Shown here piece after piece: positions 34,880 to 44,942 of a stretch of DNA of 64,000 nt. Each line of letters begins with the position of its first letter. Within the stretch, counting starts at the first letter, position 1. The position numbers were made by a program, and so were the translations under genes. Origin of the DNA: Thermodesulfovibrionales bacterium (lineage in GTDB: Bacteria; Nitrospirota; Thermodesulfovibrionia; Thermodesulfovibrionales; CALJEL01); the NCBI GenBank assembly GCA_026417875.1, contig JAOACK010000006.1, positions 1,201-65,200 on the forward strand, given 5' to 3'. The notes under the pieces were generated by a model that was not told the DNA's origin, made no database searches, and was given only the letters and a program-made list of their open reading frames with translations.

Positions 34880-35392
34880 ATGGCTATTTTAGAGATAAAG
34901 AAATTCCCTGATGAAGTCCTAAAGAGGAAGGCCCTTCCTGTTGAAGAGATAGATAGCAAGCTCCAGAGACTTATAGATGATATGATAGAGACTATGTATG
35001 CTGCTCCTGGAATTGGCCTTGCTGCCCCTCAGGTAGGAATATCAAGAAGATTAATAATTGTGGATGTAGGCTACAGGAATGGCAGATCCTCTTTGATAAC
35101 TATTATTAATCCTGAATTAACACTTTCGCAGGACCTCATTGATTCAGAGGAAGGTTGTCTCAGCCTGCCGGGTCATGTGGTAAATCTTAAAAGATCTGCC
35201 AGGGTTATAGTAAAGGGTCTTAACAGAGATGGAAAACCAATTGAGCTAGAGGCAGAGGGGTTACTGGCAAGGGCACTGCAGCATGAGATAGACCATCTTG
35301 ATGGAATACTCATTCTAGATAGACTTGGACCATTCAGAAGAGAGCTCCTTAAAAAGAAGATTTTAAGAGAAAGACGGGATTCCAGATTATAA
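34880..35392 (+). CDS. def: Peptide deformylase
   Basis: GIGLAAPQVG, EEGCLSLPG and QHEIDHLDG, the three PDF motifs. Confidence 0.95.
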   Translation: MAILEIKKFPDEVLKRKALPVEEIDSKLQRLIDDMIETMYAAPGIGLAAPQVGISRRLIIVDVGYRNGRSSLITIINPELTLSQDLIDSEEGCLSLPGHVVNLKRSARVIVKGLNRDGKPIELEAEGLLARALQHEIDHLDGILILDRLGPFRRELLKKKILRERRDSRL

Positions 35393-36306
35393 TGGGTTTA
35401 ATTTTTTTTGGAACACCTGAATTTGCTGTTCCTTCGCTGAAGGTCCTTCTTGAAAATGAAATAGTAAGTCTTGTAATAACCCAGCCCCAGAAATTCAGGA
35501 GAGATGGAACGCCCATACCCATTCCTGTCAAGGAACTGGCAATTGAAAGAAATATTCCGGTACTACAGCCTGAAAGGATAAAGAACCCAGAATTTATAAA
35601 TATACTGAAAAGATATCAACCCGAGTTTATCATTGTCGTTGCCTATGGGAAGATACTTCCACCGGAGATTCTCAGAATTCCTGAAAGATATGCCATAAAT
35701 GTCCATGCATCTCTTCTTCCAAAATACAGAGGTGCTGCACCTATTCAATGGTCAATTATTAATGGTGAAAGGATAACAGGAATTACTACAATGGTGATGG
35801 ATGAGGGACTTGATACAGGTAATATACTCCTTCAGGAAAAAATTGAAATAGGAGAGGATGAAGATGCAGTCAGCCTGTCAAAGAGGCTTTCCGAGCTTGG
35901 AGCAGGATTGCTTCTTAAGACAATAAACGAAATAAGAAAAGGTAATATTATTCCAAGACCACAGGTGGGAGAGCCATCCTATGCACCACCGCTAAAAAAA
36001 GAGGATGGACTTATTAACTGGAAGAGATCTGCCAGGGAAATTTATAACCTAATAAGAGGCACACAACCCTGGCCGTGTGCCTATACCTTTCTTGAAGGAG
36101 AAAGACTAATAATAACAAAGGCCTCAGTCATTGAAGGCAAAGGCGAACCAGGCAGGATAGAGTCTACAGAAAAAGCTTTCATAATCGGTACTGGAGAAGG
36201 TCTTCTCAATATTGTTGAAATCAAGCCAGAGGGCAAAAGAGCAATGGATGGAGTGGCATTCCTAAGAGGAAGAAGGCTCCAGAGGGGGGTTATCCTTGGC
36301 AAGTAG
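35392..36306 (+). CDS. fmt: Methionyl-tRNA formyltransferase
   Basis: IFFGTPEFAVPSL and NVHASLLPKYRGAAPIQW. TAATG overlap with def. Confidence 0.93.
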   Translation: MGLIFFGTPEFAVPSLKVLLENEIVSLVITQPQKFRRDGTPIPIPVKELAIERNIPVLQPERIKNPEFINILKRYQPEFIIVVAYGKILPPEILRIPERYAINVHASLLPKYRGAAPIQWSIINGERITGITTMVMDEGLDTGNILLQEKIEIGEDEDAVSLSKRLSELGAGLLLKTINEIRKGNIIPRPQVGEPSYAPPLKKEDGLINWKRSAREIYNLIRGTQPWPCAYTFLEGERLIITKASVIEGKGEPGRIESTEKAFIIGTGEGLLNIVEIKPEGKRAMDGVAFLRGRRLQRGVILGK

Positions 36307-36835
36307 TTACAGGATAATGCGGGGTTTCGTTCTGAAGATGCTATATCCTGTATTCATGTTCATAGGGGTATTTTTTAAGTCAAAAAAGGAATCCCTCCAG
36401 TCACTTATAATAAGATTAAACAACCTGCTTGTACGGTTAGAAAAAATCTCTGCAAAGAAAATATTATTACTGCTTCCCCATTGCATCCAAATAAATGAAT
36501 GTGCTATAAGACTCACCCATAATATAAAACTTTGCAGGGGATGTGGCAGGTGCGAGATAAAAGATCTAATTGAGATTGGAGACAGATATGGTATAAATCT
36601 CTTTGTTGCTACCGGAGGAACACTTGCAAGACGGATTGTCAGGGATGTCATGCCTGAGGCAATAGTGGCTGTTGCCTGCGAAAGGGACCTCTCAAGCGGG
36701 ATGGTTGATACCTACCCTTTACCCGTAATAGGTATTCCAAATGAAAGACCCTTTGGTCCCTGCATGAATACCAGGGTGGATCTCAGCCTTGTAAAAGAAG
36801 CTATAGAATTTTTATCATATAAAAAAGAAAGTTAA
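36296..36835 (+). CDS. DUF116 family protein
   Basis: LLLLPHCIQ…CRGCGRCEIKDL…FVATGGTLARRIV is the DUF116-like pattern. TTG start with a G-rich SD (GAGGGGGG) upstream; alternative ATG at 36317. Confidence 0.7.
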   Translation: MASSYRIMRGFVLKMLYPVFMFIGVFFKSKKESLQSLIIRLNNLLVRLEKISAKKILLLLPHCIQINECAIRLTHNIKLCRGCGRCEIKDLIEIGDRYGINLFVATGGTLARRIVRDVMPEAIVAVACERDLSSGMVDTYPLPVIGIPNERPFGPCMNTRVDLSLVKEAIEFLSYKKES

Positions 36836-36873
36836 ACTGCGTTCTTAAAAAATTTCCTGAAAAAGGTAAGGAT

Positions 36874-37560
36874 ATGGCATTTTCTTTGAGAAATTCAGAA
36901 AGGACTGTAATGATAGCACCTTCTATTCTCAGCGCTAATTTTCTTAAACTTGAAGAAGAACTAACAAAAACAGAAGAGGCAGGGGCTGATATGCTCCATA
37001 TTGATATAATGGATGGTCATTTTGTCCCCAATATTACCATAGGACCTTTCGTGGTAGAATTCATAAGAAAGGCAACAAAACTGCCTCTTGATGTCCATCT
37101 CATGATTGAAGAGCCAGACAGGTATATAAAAGACTTCATATCTGCTGGTGCAGACTGGATTACAGTGCATTATGAAGCCCTTAAACATCTTCACAGAACT
37201 ATAAACTGGATAAGAGACAGTGGAGCCAAACCCGGTGTTTCCCTCAATCCCGCTACGCCTATCTGGAGCCTGAATCATATCCTTCATGATATTGATATGG
37301 TTCTCATCATGTCAGTAAATCCTGGATTTGGTGGTCAGATTTTCATACCTCAGAGTCTTGAAAAGATAAAAATCCTCAAAGAAATGATAAGGGAAAGGGG
37401 ACTCCATACACTTATTGAGGTTGATGGTGGAATAAAGATTGATAATGCAAGAAAGGTTGCTGAAGCAGGTGCTGATATACTTGTAATGGGTTCAGGTTTT
37501 TATAATTCAAAGGATTATAAATCACTGATGAAGGAGTTAAGGGAAGTACTTGAAGGCTGA
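36874..37560 (+). CDS. rpe: Ribulose-phosphate 3-epimerase
   Basis: IAPSILSANF, HIDIMDGHFVPN, MSVNPGFGGQ, EVDGGI. An alternative start at 36910 (MIAPSIL) is possible. Confidence 0.9.
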   Translation: MAFSLRNSERTVMIAPSILSANFLKLEEELTKTEEAGADMLHIDIMDGHFVPNITIGPFVVEFIRKATKLPLDVHLMIEEPDRYIKDFISAGADWITVHYEALKHLHRTINWIRDSGAKPGVSLNPATPIWSLNHILHDIDMVLIMSVNPGFGGQIFIPQSLEKIKILKEMIRERGLHTLIEVDGGIKIDNARKVAEAGADILVMGSGFYNSKDYKSLMKELREVLEG

Positions 37561-38575
37561 AGAAATTTTCAATAAAGCAGAAAAATTAAGAGAACGGGCA
37601 GAATATAAAAAAGCCCTTCAATTATATAAAAAGGCTTTGATAAATTCCACAAAAAAGGGTGATAAAGAGGCAATACTCTCAACAACGCTCTCAATGGCTG
37701 ACACCCTTAGAATGCTCGGTGAATTTAATAAGGCTATTGAATATTACAGAAAAGGTTATGATCTTTCAAAGAAACTTAATGACAGGATAGCTTTGGCTGA
37801 TTCACTCACAGGTAGAGGCCTGAGTCTCAGGGCACTTGGATACTGGAAGGAAAGCATAAAATATTTCAGAAAGGCAAGACTCTTATACAAAAGACTTAAT
37901 GACAGAAATGGCATTGCCTTTACCCTCTGGGCTGAAGGAGTAAGTTTGAGGATAAAAGGTGACCTTGACGGTGCAATGAAACTTCTCAAAAAAAGTCTGA
38001 AGATGTTTACCTCCAAAGAAGCCAGGGCTTACTGTTTAAACAGTCTCGGCGGAACCTCGAGGGTAAAGGGATTTTATGAGCAATCACTGAGATACTACAG
38101 AAAGGCTAATGGTATTTTCAAAAAAACAGAGGATAAATTCGGGCTTGCCTATTCTCACTGCGGAATAGGAAATGCCCTGAGGATGAAGGGAGATTACAAA
38201 AAAGCTATTTCCCATTTTAACAGGGCATTAAGCCTTTACAGAATAATTGGTGACAGGGTAAGCTCAGCCTATACCCACTGGAGTCTTGGTATGGTTTATC
38301 TGTTCAAAAAGAACCTTGAAAAGGCAGAAAAGAATTTTAAAAAGGCAATATCTTTTTTCAGGTCCACAAAGGACAAAAGAGGAATGGTATACGGACTTAC
38401 AGGACTCTGCCAGATAGATATCCTGAAAGGTAGGCTGTCTGGTGCTTTAAAAAAATTGCAGAAGGCCTACGCGCTTACCAGGGAACTGGAAATAAAACTG
38501 GAGGAAGGTTATATCATTTCAATTCTCAAAAAAATGCTTGAACCTGAGGATTACAAACCTCTGGAGATACCCTGA
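37550..38575 (+). CDS. TPR-repeat protein
   Basis: Regular ~40-residue repeats of the type GD..KA…Y.KAL.L.R.L.D (e.g. MKGDYKKAISHFNRALSLYRIIGDR). The TTG start is uncertain. Confidence 0.8.
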   Translation: MKAEEIFNKAEKLRERAEYKKALQLYKKALINSTKKGDKEAILSTTLSMADTLRMLGEFNKAIEYYRKGYDLSKKLNDRIALADSLTGRGLSLRALGYWKESIKYFRKARLLYKRLNDRNGIAFTLWAEGVSLRIKGDLDGAMKLLKKSLKMFTSKEARAYCLNSLGGTSRVKGFYEQSLRYYRKANGIFKKTEDKFGLAYSHCGIGNALRMKGDYKKAISHFNRALSLYRIIGDRVSSAYTHWSLGMVYLFKKNLEKAEKNFKKAISFFRSTKDKRGMVYGLTGLCQIDILKGRLSGALKKLQKAYALTRELEIKLEEGYIISILKKMLEPEDYKPLEIP

Positions 38576-38576
38576 T

Positions 38577-39119
38577 ATGTTCACAATCCCCAATTTCATA
38601 ACCCTTTTAAGAATCTTCCTTGTGCCTTTCTTTGTCATGTCAATTGTCTATAAAAGGTTTGACCTGGGTTTTTATGTTTTCCTGCTAGCCGCTTTAACGG
38701 ATGCCCTTGATGGCCTCATTGCGAGGCTTAAGAACCAGAAGAGCAGACTCGGTGCATTTCTGGATCCCCTTGCAGATAAACTTTTACTCCTCACAGCCTT
38801 TCTATCTCTTACAATCCTTGAGCTCATTCCTAAATGGTTGACCGTGATCATCATAAGCAGAGATCTCATAGTGGTTATTGGATGGATATCCCTTTATATC
38901 CAGACCGGCTCTACAAGGGTTGAGCCTTCCGTTCCGGGAAAACTCTCTAATACATTACAGGTAATAACCATTGTTTCTGTACTGATTAACCTGAATTTCT
39001 CAATATTTAATGAGGTATTAGAGACCCTGTATGTCCTTACATCCTTTTTTGCTATTTTTTCATGTATACATTATATACTGAGAGATATAAAGGCCTATGA
39101 GCAATCAAGTCGTAATTGA
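38577..39119 (+). CDS. pgsA: CDP-diacylglycerol--glycerol-3-phosphate 3-phosphatidyltransferase (CDP-alcohol phosphatidyltransferase family)
   Basis: DALDGLIARLKNQKSRLGAFLDPLADK matches D-x2-DG-x2-AR-x8-G-x3-D-x3-D. Start trimmed to ATG 38577 (MFTIPNFITLLR), 1 nt after the upstream stop. Confidence 0.85.
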   Translation: MFTIPNFITLLRIFLVPFFVMSIVYKRFDLGFYVFLLAALTDALDGLIARLKNQKSRLGAFLDPLADKLLLLTAFLSLTILELIPKWLTVIIISRDLIVVIGWISLYIQTGSTRVEPSVPGKLSNTLQVITIVSVLINLNFSIFNEVLETLYVLTSFFAIFSCIHYILRDIKAYEQSSRN

Positions 39120-40386
39120 AGAAATAGAAGAGAAAAGCCCTGCTGAAAAGGCAGGTCTGAAGAAAGGAGATATCCTTATTTCTATAAACGGCATGAAGAT
39201 AAGGGATGCAATTGATCTTCTCTTTTACGGAAATGAACCGATTTTATATATAAAAGTTAGAAGAAATAATAAAAGTATTGATTTCAACATAGAAAGAAGA
39301 GAAAGAAGGGATCTCGGTATCAAGGTTAATGCCTTTCCTGTCAAAAGGTGCAGAAACAGATGCATCTTTTGTTTTGTTGATCAGCTCCCGAAGGGACTTA
39401 GAAAAACCCTTTACATCAAGGACGACGACTACAGATTATCCTTTCTTTACGGAAACTTCGTAACCCTTACAAATCTGAGTGATGAAGACAGGATAAGGAT
39501 TAAAGAACAACACCTGAGTCCCCTTTATATATCAGTTCACCATACTGATAGAAAAAAAAGAAATATCATGCTGGGCAATCATGATGCGCCTGATATCCTT
39601 AAAGAAATAAGAGATTTTGCAAAGGCAAAGATAAAGATGCACTGCCAGATAGTTCTATGCCCAGGGTACAATGATGGAGAGGAACTGAGAAAGACCGTAC
39701 TGGATCTTACAAGGCTCTATCCCTATGTAAATTCTATAGCTGTGGTACCGGTCGGAATAACAAAGTACAGTAAAAGTTCTCTGAGTCCTGTAAACAAGGA
39801 AGATGCCATTAAAGCAATAGAGATAGTTGAGGCTCTTGACAGGAGATTTAAAAAGAGATACGGAAGACACATTGTTTATGCAGCAGATGAGTTATATATA
39901 AAGGCAGGAGTCCCTCTACCTGATGTAAAAAGATATGAAGAATTTCCCCAGCTTGAAAATGGTGTAGGACTGGTAACCCTTTTCCTGCATAAGGCACGTA
40001 AATTTAAAAAACCTGTACATCATCCTAAAAAAAGGATTATTACCTTTACAGGAGAGGCCTTTTATCCTTTTCTCCGTAACATAATTGAAAAGTTTAAAAC
40101 AGAATGGAGACTCCCAATTGATCTTTTCATGATCAAGAACAGATTCTTTGGTGAAACTGTTACCGTAGCAGGGCTTCTTACAGGAAGGGATATAATAGAA
40201 GGTCTTGCAGATAAAGTTGACAGGGGTGATTACTTACTCATACCTGATGTAACAACAAAGGATGGAGGAGACGAATTCCTTGATGGTCTGACAGTCAGTG
40301 ATATATCAAGAGCATTATCAGTTGATGTATTTAAGATAGACTCCTCGCCAGAAGGTCTTATAAAGGCACTGGAGGTGATAAGATGA
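39097..40386 (+). CDS. PDZ domain / DUF512 radical-SAM-like protein
   Basis: N-terminal PDZ (SPAEKAGLKKGDILISINGMKI), CRNRCIFCFVDQLP cysteine motif, and a DUF512-like C-terminus. Confidence 0.75.
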   Translation: MSNQVVIEEIEEKSPAEKAGLKKGDILISINGMKIRDAIDLLFYGNEPILYIKVRRNNKSIDFNIERRERRDLGIKVNAFPVKRCRNRCIFCFVDQLPKGLRKTLYIKDDDYRLSFLYGNFVTLTNLSDEDRIRIKEQHLSPLYISVHHTDRKKRNIMLGNHDAPDILKEIRDFAKAKIKMHCQIVLCPGYNDGEELRKTVLDLTRLYPYVNSIAVVPVGITKYSKSSLSPVNKEDAIKAIEIVEALDRRFKKRYGRHIVYAADELYIKAGVPLPDVKRYEEFPQLENGVGLVTLFLHKARKFKKPVHHPKKRIITFTGEAFYPFLRNIIEKFKTEWRLPIDLFMIKNRFFGETVTVAGLLTGRDIIEGLADKVDRGDYLLIPDVTTKDGGDEFLDGLTVSDISRALSVDVFKIDSSPEGLIKALEVIR

Positions 40387-41198
40387 CCATTACAGGTAAG
40401 ACAAAGATAACAGGTCTTATTGGCTATCCTGTAGAACACAGCCTTTCACCGCTTATGCACAACAGAGCCTTCCATACCTTGGGGCTCGATTACTGCTATG
40501 TAACCTTTCCAGTTGAACCCTCAAGACTTGAGGATGCTGTCAAGGGTATAAGGGCACTGGGACTTAAAGGTGTTAATGTAACAGTACCTCATAAAGAGGC
40601 AGTGATAAAATTCCTTGACAGTATAGATGACGAAGCAGCTGAGATTGGAGCGGTAAATACAATAGTGAATAAGGAAGGACTTCTCCTTGGATACAACACT
40701 GATGGAAAGGGATTTATGGCATCCCTTAATGAAAATTTTGTTACAGTAAAAGGCCGTAGGGTTTTTCTCGTAGGAGCGGGCGGAGCTGCAAAGGCAGTTG
40801 CTTATTATCTAAGCAAAGAGGCAGAAGAAGTTCTGGTTTATGATATTGACACAAGGAAGGCAGAAGCCCTGGCAGAGGGATTAAAAAAAAATGTTAAGGT
40901 CTCTGAGAATAACTCTGCCATTAAAGATGCCGATATAATAATAAATGCAACACCTCTCGGGCTCAAGCCTGATGATCCTGCACCTGTAGAAACTTCTTTA
41001 TTAAGAAAAGGTCAGGTCGTATGCGATCTCATATATAAAAAAACAAAACTTCTCAAAGAGGCTGAATTAAGAGGCTGTTTAGCTATTGATGGTCTTGGTA
41101 TGTTGTTGTGGCAGGGTGTTTTTGCCTTTGAACTCTGGACAGGCATAAAACCACCTGTTGAGATAATGAGAAAGGCATTACTTGAATCTGCAAATTAA
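40383..41198 (+). CDS. aroE: Shikimate dehydrogenase
   Basis: GYPVEHSLSPLMHN, NVTVPHK, GAGGAAKAV (NADP site), NTDG. Confidence 0.9.
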   Translation: MTITGKTKITGLIGYPVEHSLSPLMHNRAFHTLGLDYCYVTFPVEPSRLEDAVKGIRALGLKGVNVTVPHKEAVIKFLDSIDDEAAEIGAVNTIVNKEGLLLGYNTDGKGFMASLNENFVTVKGRRVFLVGAGGAAKAVAYYLSKEAEEVLVYDIDTRKAEALAEGLKKNVKVSENNSAIKDADIIINATPLGLKPDDPAPVETSLLRKGQVVCDLIYKKTKLLKEAELRGCLAIDGLGMLLWQGVFAFELWTGIKPPVEIMRKALLESAN

Positions 41199-41251
41199 TT
41201 TTTTAGATCTCTTCCTTACACTTTTTCAGTTCGGCAAAAGAAAAATGATCA

Positions 41252-41280
41252 TTACTATTTAAAATCATGTATGCTATAAT
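41252..41280 (+). promoter_or_regulatory. Candidate promoter for the lptC-lptA-lptB-rpoN-hpf cluster
   Basis: TTACTA (41252-57), 17-nt spacer counting the TGc, then extended -10 TGcTATAAT (41272-41280). GTG 41286 is 6 nt downstream. No SD. Confidence 0.4.
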
Positions 41281-41285
41281 TAAAT

Positions 41286-41780
41286 GTGAAGAAGTTAGGT
41301 CTAATCCTGTTCTTTATAATCTCACTAATCATGTGGATTCTTTTTCTTGAAAATCAAAGTACCTTTAAAAATGAACCACTCACTCTACAGGAATTAAGGG
41401 ATGTAAAGATAGATACAGAAGGTCCTTCAGGAAAACTCTGGAGACTTGAAGCAGAAAGGGCTGTTCTGGAGAGCGATGATAGCGCCATTCTCTATGACAT
41501 AAAATTCTTTTCTGATAAAAGAGGCATAGAACTAAAAGCACCTTATGGAAGGTATGAGCTAAATAAAGGGCTGGCTGAGATAAATGGTGGTGTACTCATC
41601 AAGCTTACTGATGGTTCAGAGGCAAGGATAACTTCGCTGAGAATCGAAAAGGGAGTTATTAAAAGTGAAGAGCCGGTTATAATAAGAAAAGGAAACATTA
41701 TACTAAGAGGAAGGGGTATTATATCAGATTCAGATAGTAATATCAGAATCCTGAGAGATGTAAGGCTTGAAATAAAATGA
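41286..41780 (+). CDS. lptC: LptC-like lipopolysaccharide export protein (membrane-anchored)
   Basis: N-terminal TM anchor followed by a beta-rich domain. It sits immediately upstream of lptA-lptB-rpoN-hpf, the classical synteny. Confidence 0.6.
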   Translation: MKKLGLILFFIISLIMWILFLENQSTFKNEPLTLQELRDVKIDTEGPSGKLWRLEAERAVLESDDSAILYDIKFFSDKRGIELKAPYGRYELNKGLAEINGGVLIKLTDGSEARITSLRIEKGVIKSEEPVIIRKGNIILRGRGIISDSDSNIRILRDVRLEIK

Positions 41781-42223
41781 AAGAAATTTTAGGCATATTA
41801 TTAATAATATTTACTTTTTCAATTTCTCAGGCAGCTGAAGAAAAAAAGTCCATAGTAATAACCTCTGAAAGTCTTACCATAAACAAAAAAGAAAATCAGG
41901 CAATATTCAGCGGCAGGGTTATTGCAAAAAAGGATGAACTTACAATTTTTGCTGACACCATGATCGTTTATTATGATAATACAGGCACAAAGGTTGAAAT
42001 AATAGAGGCCACAGGAAACATAAAAGTTTTAAAGGGTACAAGAACAATCCTCTCAGAAAAGGCAGTCTACAAAGCAGAAGAAGACAGCATTACGTTCACA
42101 GGTGAGCCTGTTGCTATGGATGGTAAAAATATTATAAAAGGTGATAAGATAATATATTATATCTCTGAAGACCGTTCTGTTGTTTCTAACAGCAAGGTTT
42201 TTTTAAAGGAATCTGTTCAGTGA
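41777..42223 (+). CDS. lptA: LptA/OstA-like periplasmic LPS transport protein
   Basis: Signal peptide, then ITSESLTINKKENQAIFSGRVIAKKDELTIFADTMIVYYD (OstA_N-like beta-jellyroll pattern). Overlaps both neighbours by 4 nt. Confidence 0.75.
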   Translation: MKEILGILLIIFTFSISQAAEEKKSIVITSESLTINKKENQAIFSGRVIAKKDELTIFADTMIVYYDNTGTKVEIIEATGNIKVLKGTRTILSEKAVYKAEEDSITFTGEPVAMDGKNIIKGDKIIYYISEDRSVVSNSKVFLKESVQ

Positions 42224-42939
42224 TGTTCCAAGCAAAAAATCTGACCAAGAGATACGGTTCAAGACCTGTCGTTATAGACATAAGTCTTCAAGTAAACAGA
42301 GGTGAGATTGTAGGGCTTCTCGGTCCTAATGGAGCAGGAAAAACCACAACATTTTACATGCTTATAGGTGTCATAAAATGTGACAGCGGGGCTGTCCTTC
42401 TTGATGGTGAAGATATAACAGGCTATCCCATGTATTTAAGGGCTAGAAAGGGTATAGGATATCTACCTCAGGAACCTTCAATATTCAGAAAACTTACAGT
42501 TAGAGAGAATATTAAGGCTGTTCTTGAATTCACGGAGGTTGATAAAGAAGGGCTTGATAAAAGAGTTAATGAAATTATTGAAGAGTTCAAATTGAAGGAA
42601 TTTTCCGAAAGGGAAGGTTACAGGCTCTCAGGAGGAGAAAGGAGGAGGACAGAGATTGCAAGGATGCTCAGCCTTTCACCCTCTTATGTGCTCTTTGATG
42701 AACCCTTTGCTGGCATTGACCCCATAACTATAACAGAGCTAAAAAAAATGATAAACTATATCAGGGAAAAAAATGTAGGTATAATAATCACAGATCACAA
42801 TGTAAGAGATACCCTTTCAATAACAGATAGGGCATACATCATAAATGACGGCAGGATACTGGCGCATGGGACTCCTGAGGAATTGATTAAAAATGAGAGT
42901 GTTAAGAAAATCTATCTTGGAGAGGAGTTCAATCTCTGA
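42220..42939 (+). CDS. lptB: LPS export ABC transporter ATP-binding protein LptB
   Basis: GPNGAGKTT Walker A, LSGGERRR signature, VLFDEPFAGIDP Walker B, ITDHNV H-loop. Confidence 0.93.
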   Translation: MMFQAKNLTKRYGSRPVVIDISLQVNRGEIVGLLGPNGAGKTTTFYMLIGVIKCDSGAVLLDGEDITGYPMYLRARKGIGYLPQEPSIFRKLTVRENIKAVLEFTEVDKEGLDKRVNEIIEEFKLKEFSEREGYRLSGGERRRTEIARMLSLSPSYVLFDEPFAGIDPITITELKKMINYIREKNVGIIITDHNVRDTLSITDRAYIINDGRILAHGTPEELIKNESVKKIYLGEEFNL

Positions 42940-44375
42940 TGCCTATTGAGAGCAGGCTTGACATACGGCTTACCCAGAAGCTGATTCTTACGCCCCAGCT
43001 CCAGCAGGCAATAAAACTTCTCCAGATGCAAAAGCTGGAGCTTGTTGAGGCATTAAATCAGGAACTAATTGAAAATCCTTTTCTTGAAGAACTTAATGAA
43101 GTAACTGATGAACCAATATCAGCCGAAGCCCATGATATCACGGCTGAGGAAACAGAAAGTCCTCTTGAGAGGCTATTAGAGTTCAGCGTTGATGAATATT
43201 TTGAAGAGCGAGCAAGTGATGGAAGAGATCTTGGATATTTTAATCCCGGAACAGTAGAGACACCATCCTTTGAGAAATTTGTCAGCAGAAAACCCGATCT
43301 GGCAGAGCATCTTCAGTGGCAGCTCATGCTCTCACATGAATCAGAGGAAGTGAAAAAAGCTGGAGAGATCATTATTGGAAACATAGATGAAAATGGTTAT
43401 CTCAGAGCCTCAATTGAAGAACTTATTGCCCTTTCAGGGCTTCCTGAGGAGGTTGTAAGAAAGGCAGTTGAATTGATCCAGACATTTGATCCTCCAGGTG
43501 TGGGAGCAAGAGATTTAAAAGAATGTCTTCTCATACAGGCAAGGTATCTGGGACTTAAAGATTCCCTTGTAGAAAAGATTATTCTAAATAATCTTGATGA
43601 TCTTGAAAAAAAGAGATTTATCAATATAGCTAAGCAATACAATGTATCTATTGATGAGGTGAATCAGGCTGTAAAAATTATTCAGGGATTTGACCCGAAA
43701 CCAGGCAGGAATTACTCATCACAGGAACCAACTTATGTCGAACCAGATGTATTTATAATTAAAGATGATGAAGAGTACAGGATAATACTTAATGATGATG
43801 GAGTTCCAAGATTCAGGCTTAATGAAAAATACAGGCAATTACTTATGAACAAGGCCCAGCTAACAAAAGAAGAACGTCAGTTTCTTGAGGATAAACTCCG
43901 CTCTGCAATGTGGCTCATAAAAAGTCTTGATCAAAGAAACAGGACGATATACAGGGTAACAGAAAGCATCCTGAATTTTCAGAGAGAATTCTTTGACAGG
44001 GGTGTTGATTATCTCAAACCTTTGACCCTTAGACAGGTAGCTAAGGAACTAGGCATGCACGAAAGTACAATAAGCAGGGTCACATCCAATAAATTTCTCG
44101 CCTGTCCTCATGGTATATTTCCTTTCAGATTTTTCTTCAGCAGCGCATTGCAGGGTGACTCAGGTGAAGTCTCATCTACCAAGGTAAAGGAATTGATAAA
44201 AAAGATAATTTCTGAAGAAGATCCCAGAAATCCTTTGAGTGATCAGCAGATAGTGGAAATATTGAAGAATTCAAATATTCACATAGCTAGAAGGACTGTT
44301 TCAAAATACAGGACAGAATTAAAAATACTTTCTCAGAATCAGAGAAAGATATTAGAAAAAAAGGAGGAGCTATGA
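42939..44375 (+). CDS. rpoN: RNA polymerase sigma-54 factor
   Basis: N-terminal LTPQLQQAIKLLQM, HTH region LRQVAKELGMHESTISR, RpoN box ARRTVSKYR. Confidence 0.95.
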   Translation: MPIESRLDIRLTQKLILTPQLQQAIKLLQMQKLELVEALNQELIENPFLEELNEVTDEPISAEAHDITAEETESPLERLLEFSVDEYFEERASDGRDLGYFNPGTVETPSFEKFVSRKPDLAEHLQWQLMLSHESEEVKKAGEIIIGNIDENGYLRASIEELIALSGLPEEVVRKAVELIQTFDPPGVGARDLKECLLIQARYLGLKDSLVEKIILNNLDDLEKKRFINIAKQYNVSIDEVNQAVKIIQGFDPKPGRNYSSQEPTYVEPDVFIIKDDEEYRIILNDDGVPRFRLNEKYRQLLMNKAQLTKEERQFLEDKLRSAMWLIKSLDQRNRTIYRVTESILNFQREFFDRGVDYLKPLTLRQVAKELGMHESTISRVTSNKFLACPHGIFPFRFFFSSALQGDSGEVSSTKVKELIKKIISEEDPRNPLSDQQIVEILKNSNIHIARRTVSKYRTELKILSQNQRKILEKKEEL

Positions 44376-44893
44376 ACATCATCGTCACCGGTAGGAATCT
44401 TGAAATTACTCCAGCATTGAGAGATTATGCTGAAAAGAAGATTGCAAAGTTTGAACGCTATCTTTCAAACATCACTGAGGCTATCATTACTCTCAGCATC
44501 CAGAAATACCAGCACAAGGCGGAGGTTCTCATTAAGGCGAATGGCTATATGATTCAGGCTGAGGGTGTTACAGGAGAAATCTATTCCTCCATTGATGAAG
44601 TGGTTGAAAAACTTGAAAAACAGATAAAGAAATATAAGGAAAAGATAAATTCTCATAGAAAGGGTGAAAATAAGGCCTCTACAGCTGTCACCGGCTCAGG
44701 TTCAGAAAAAGAGCCAAGGATAATAAAAATAAAAAGATTTGATATAAAACCAATGAGCCCTGAAGAAGCAGCTATGCAGATGGAACTTCTTGATAAAAAT
44801 TTCTTTGTCTTTGAAAATGAAAGAACAGGACAGATGAATGTAATTTACAAAAGAAATGATGGAAATTATGGTCTTATAGAGCCAGCGAAATAA
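44372..44893 (+). CDS. hpf: Ribosome hibernation promoting factor (long HPF)
   Basis: ITGRNLEITPALRDYAEKK S30AE fold plus a C-terminal dimerisation domain (KRFDIKPMSPEEAAMQMELLDKNFFVFEN). Confidence 0.9.
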   Translation: MNIIVTGRNLEITPALRDYAEKKIAKFERYLSNITEAIITLSIQKYQHKAEVLIKANGYMIQAEGVTGEIYSSIDEVVEKLEKQIKKYKEKINSHRKGENKASTAVTGSGSEKEPRIIKIKRFDIKPMSPEEAAMQMELLDKNFFVFENERTGQMNVIYKRNDGNYGLIEPAK

Positions 44894-44902
44894 TCTCTCA
44901 CG

Positions 44903-44930
44903 GGCTGAGGTTTAAAGTTTTGCCTCAGCC
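44903..44930. terminator. Hairpin between convergent hpf and dapB (possible bidirectional terminator)
   Basis: GGCTGAGG (44903-10) pairs with CCTCAGCC (44923-30) across a 12-nt loop. Only a weak T tract (TTAAAA) follows. Confidence 0.45.
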
Positions 44931-44942
44931 TTAAAACAATCT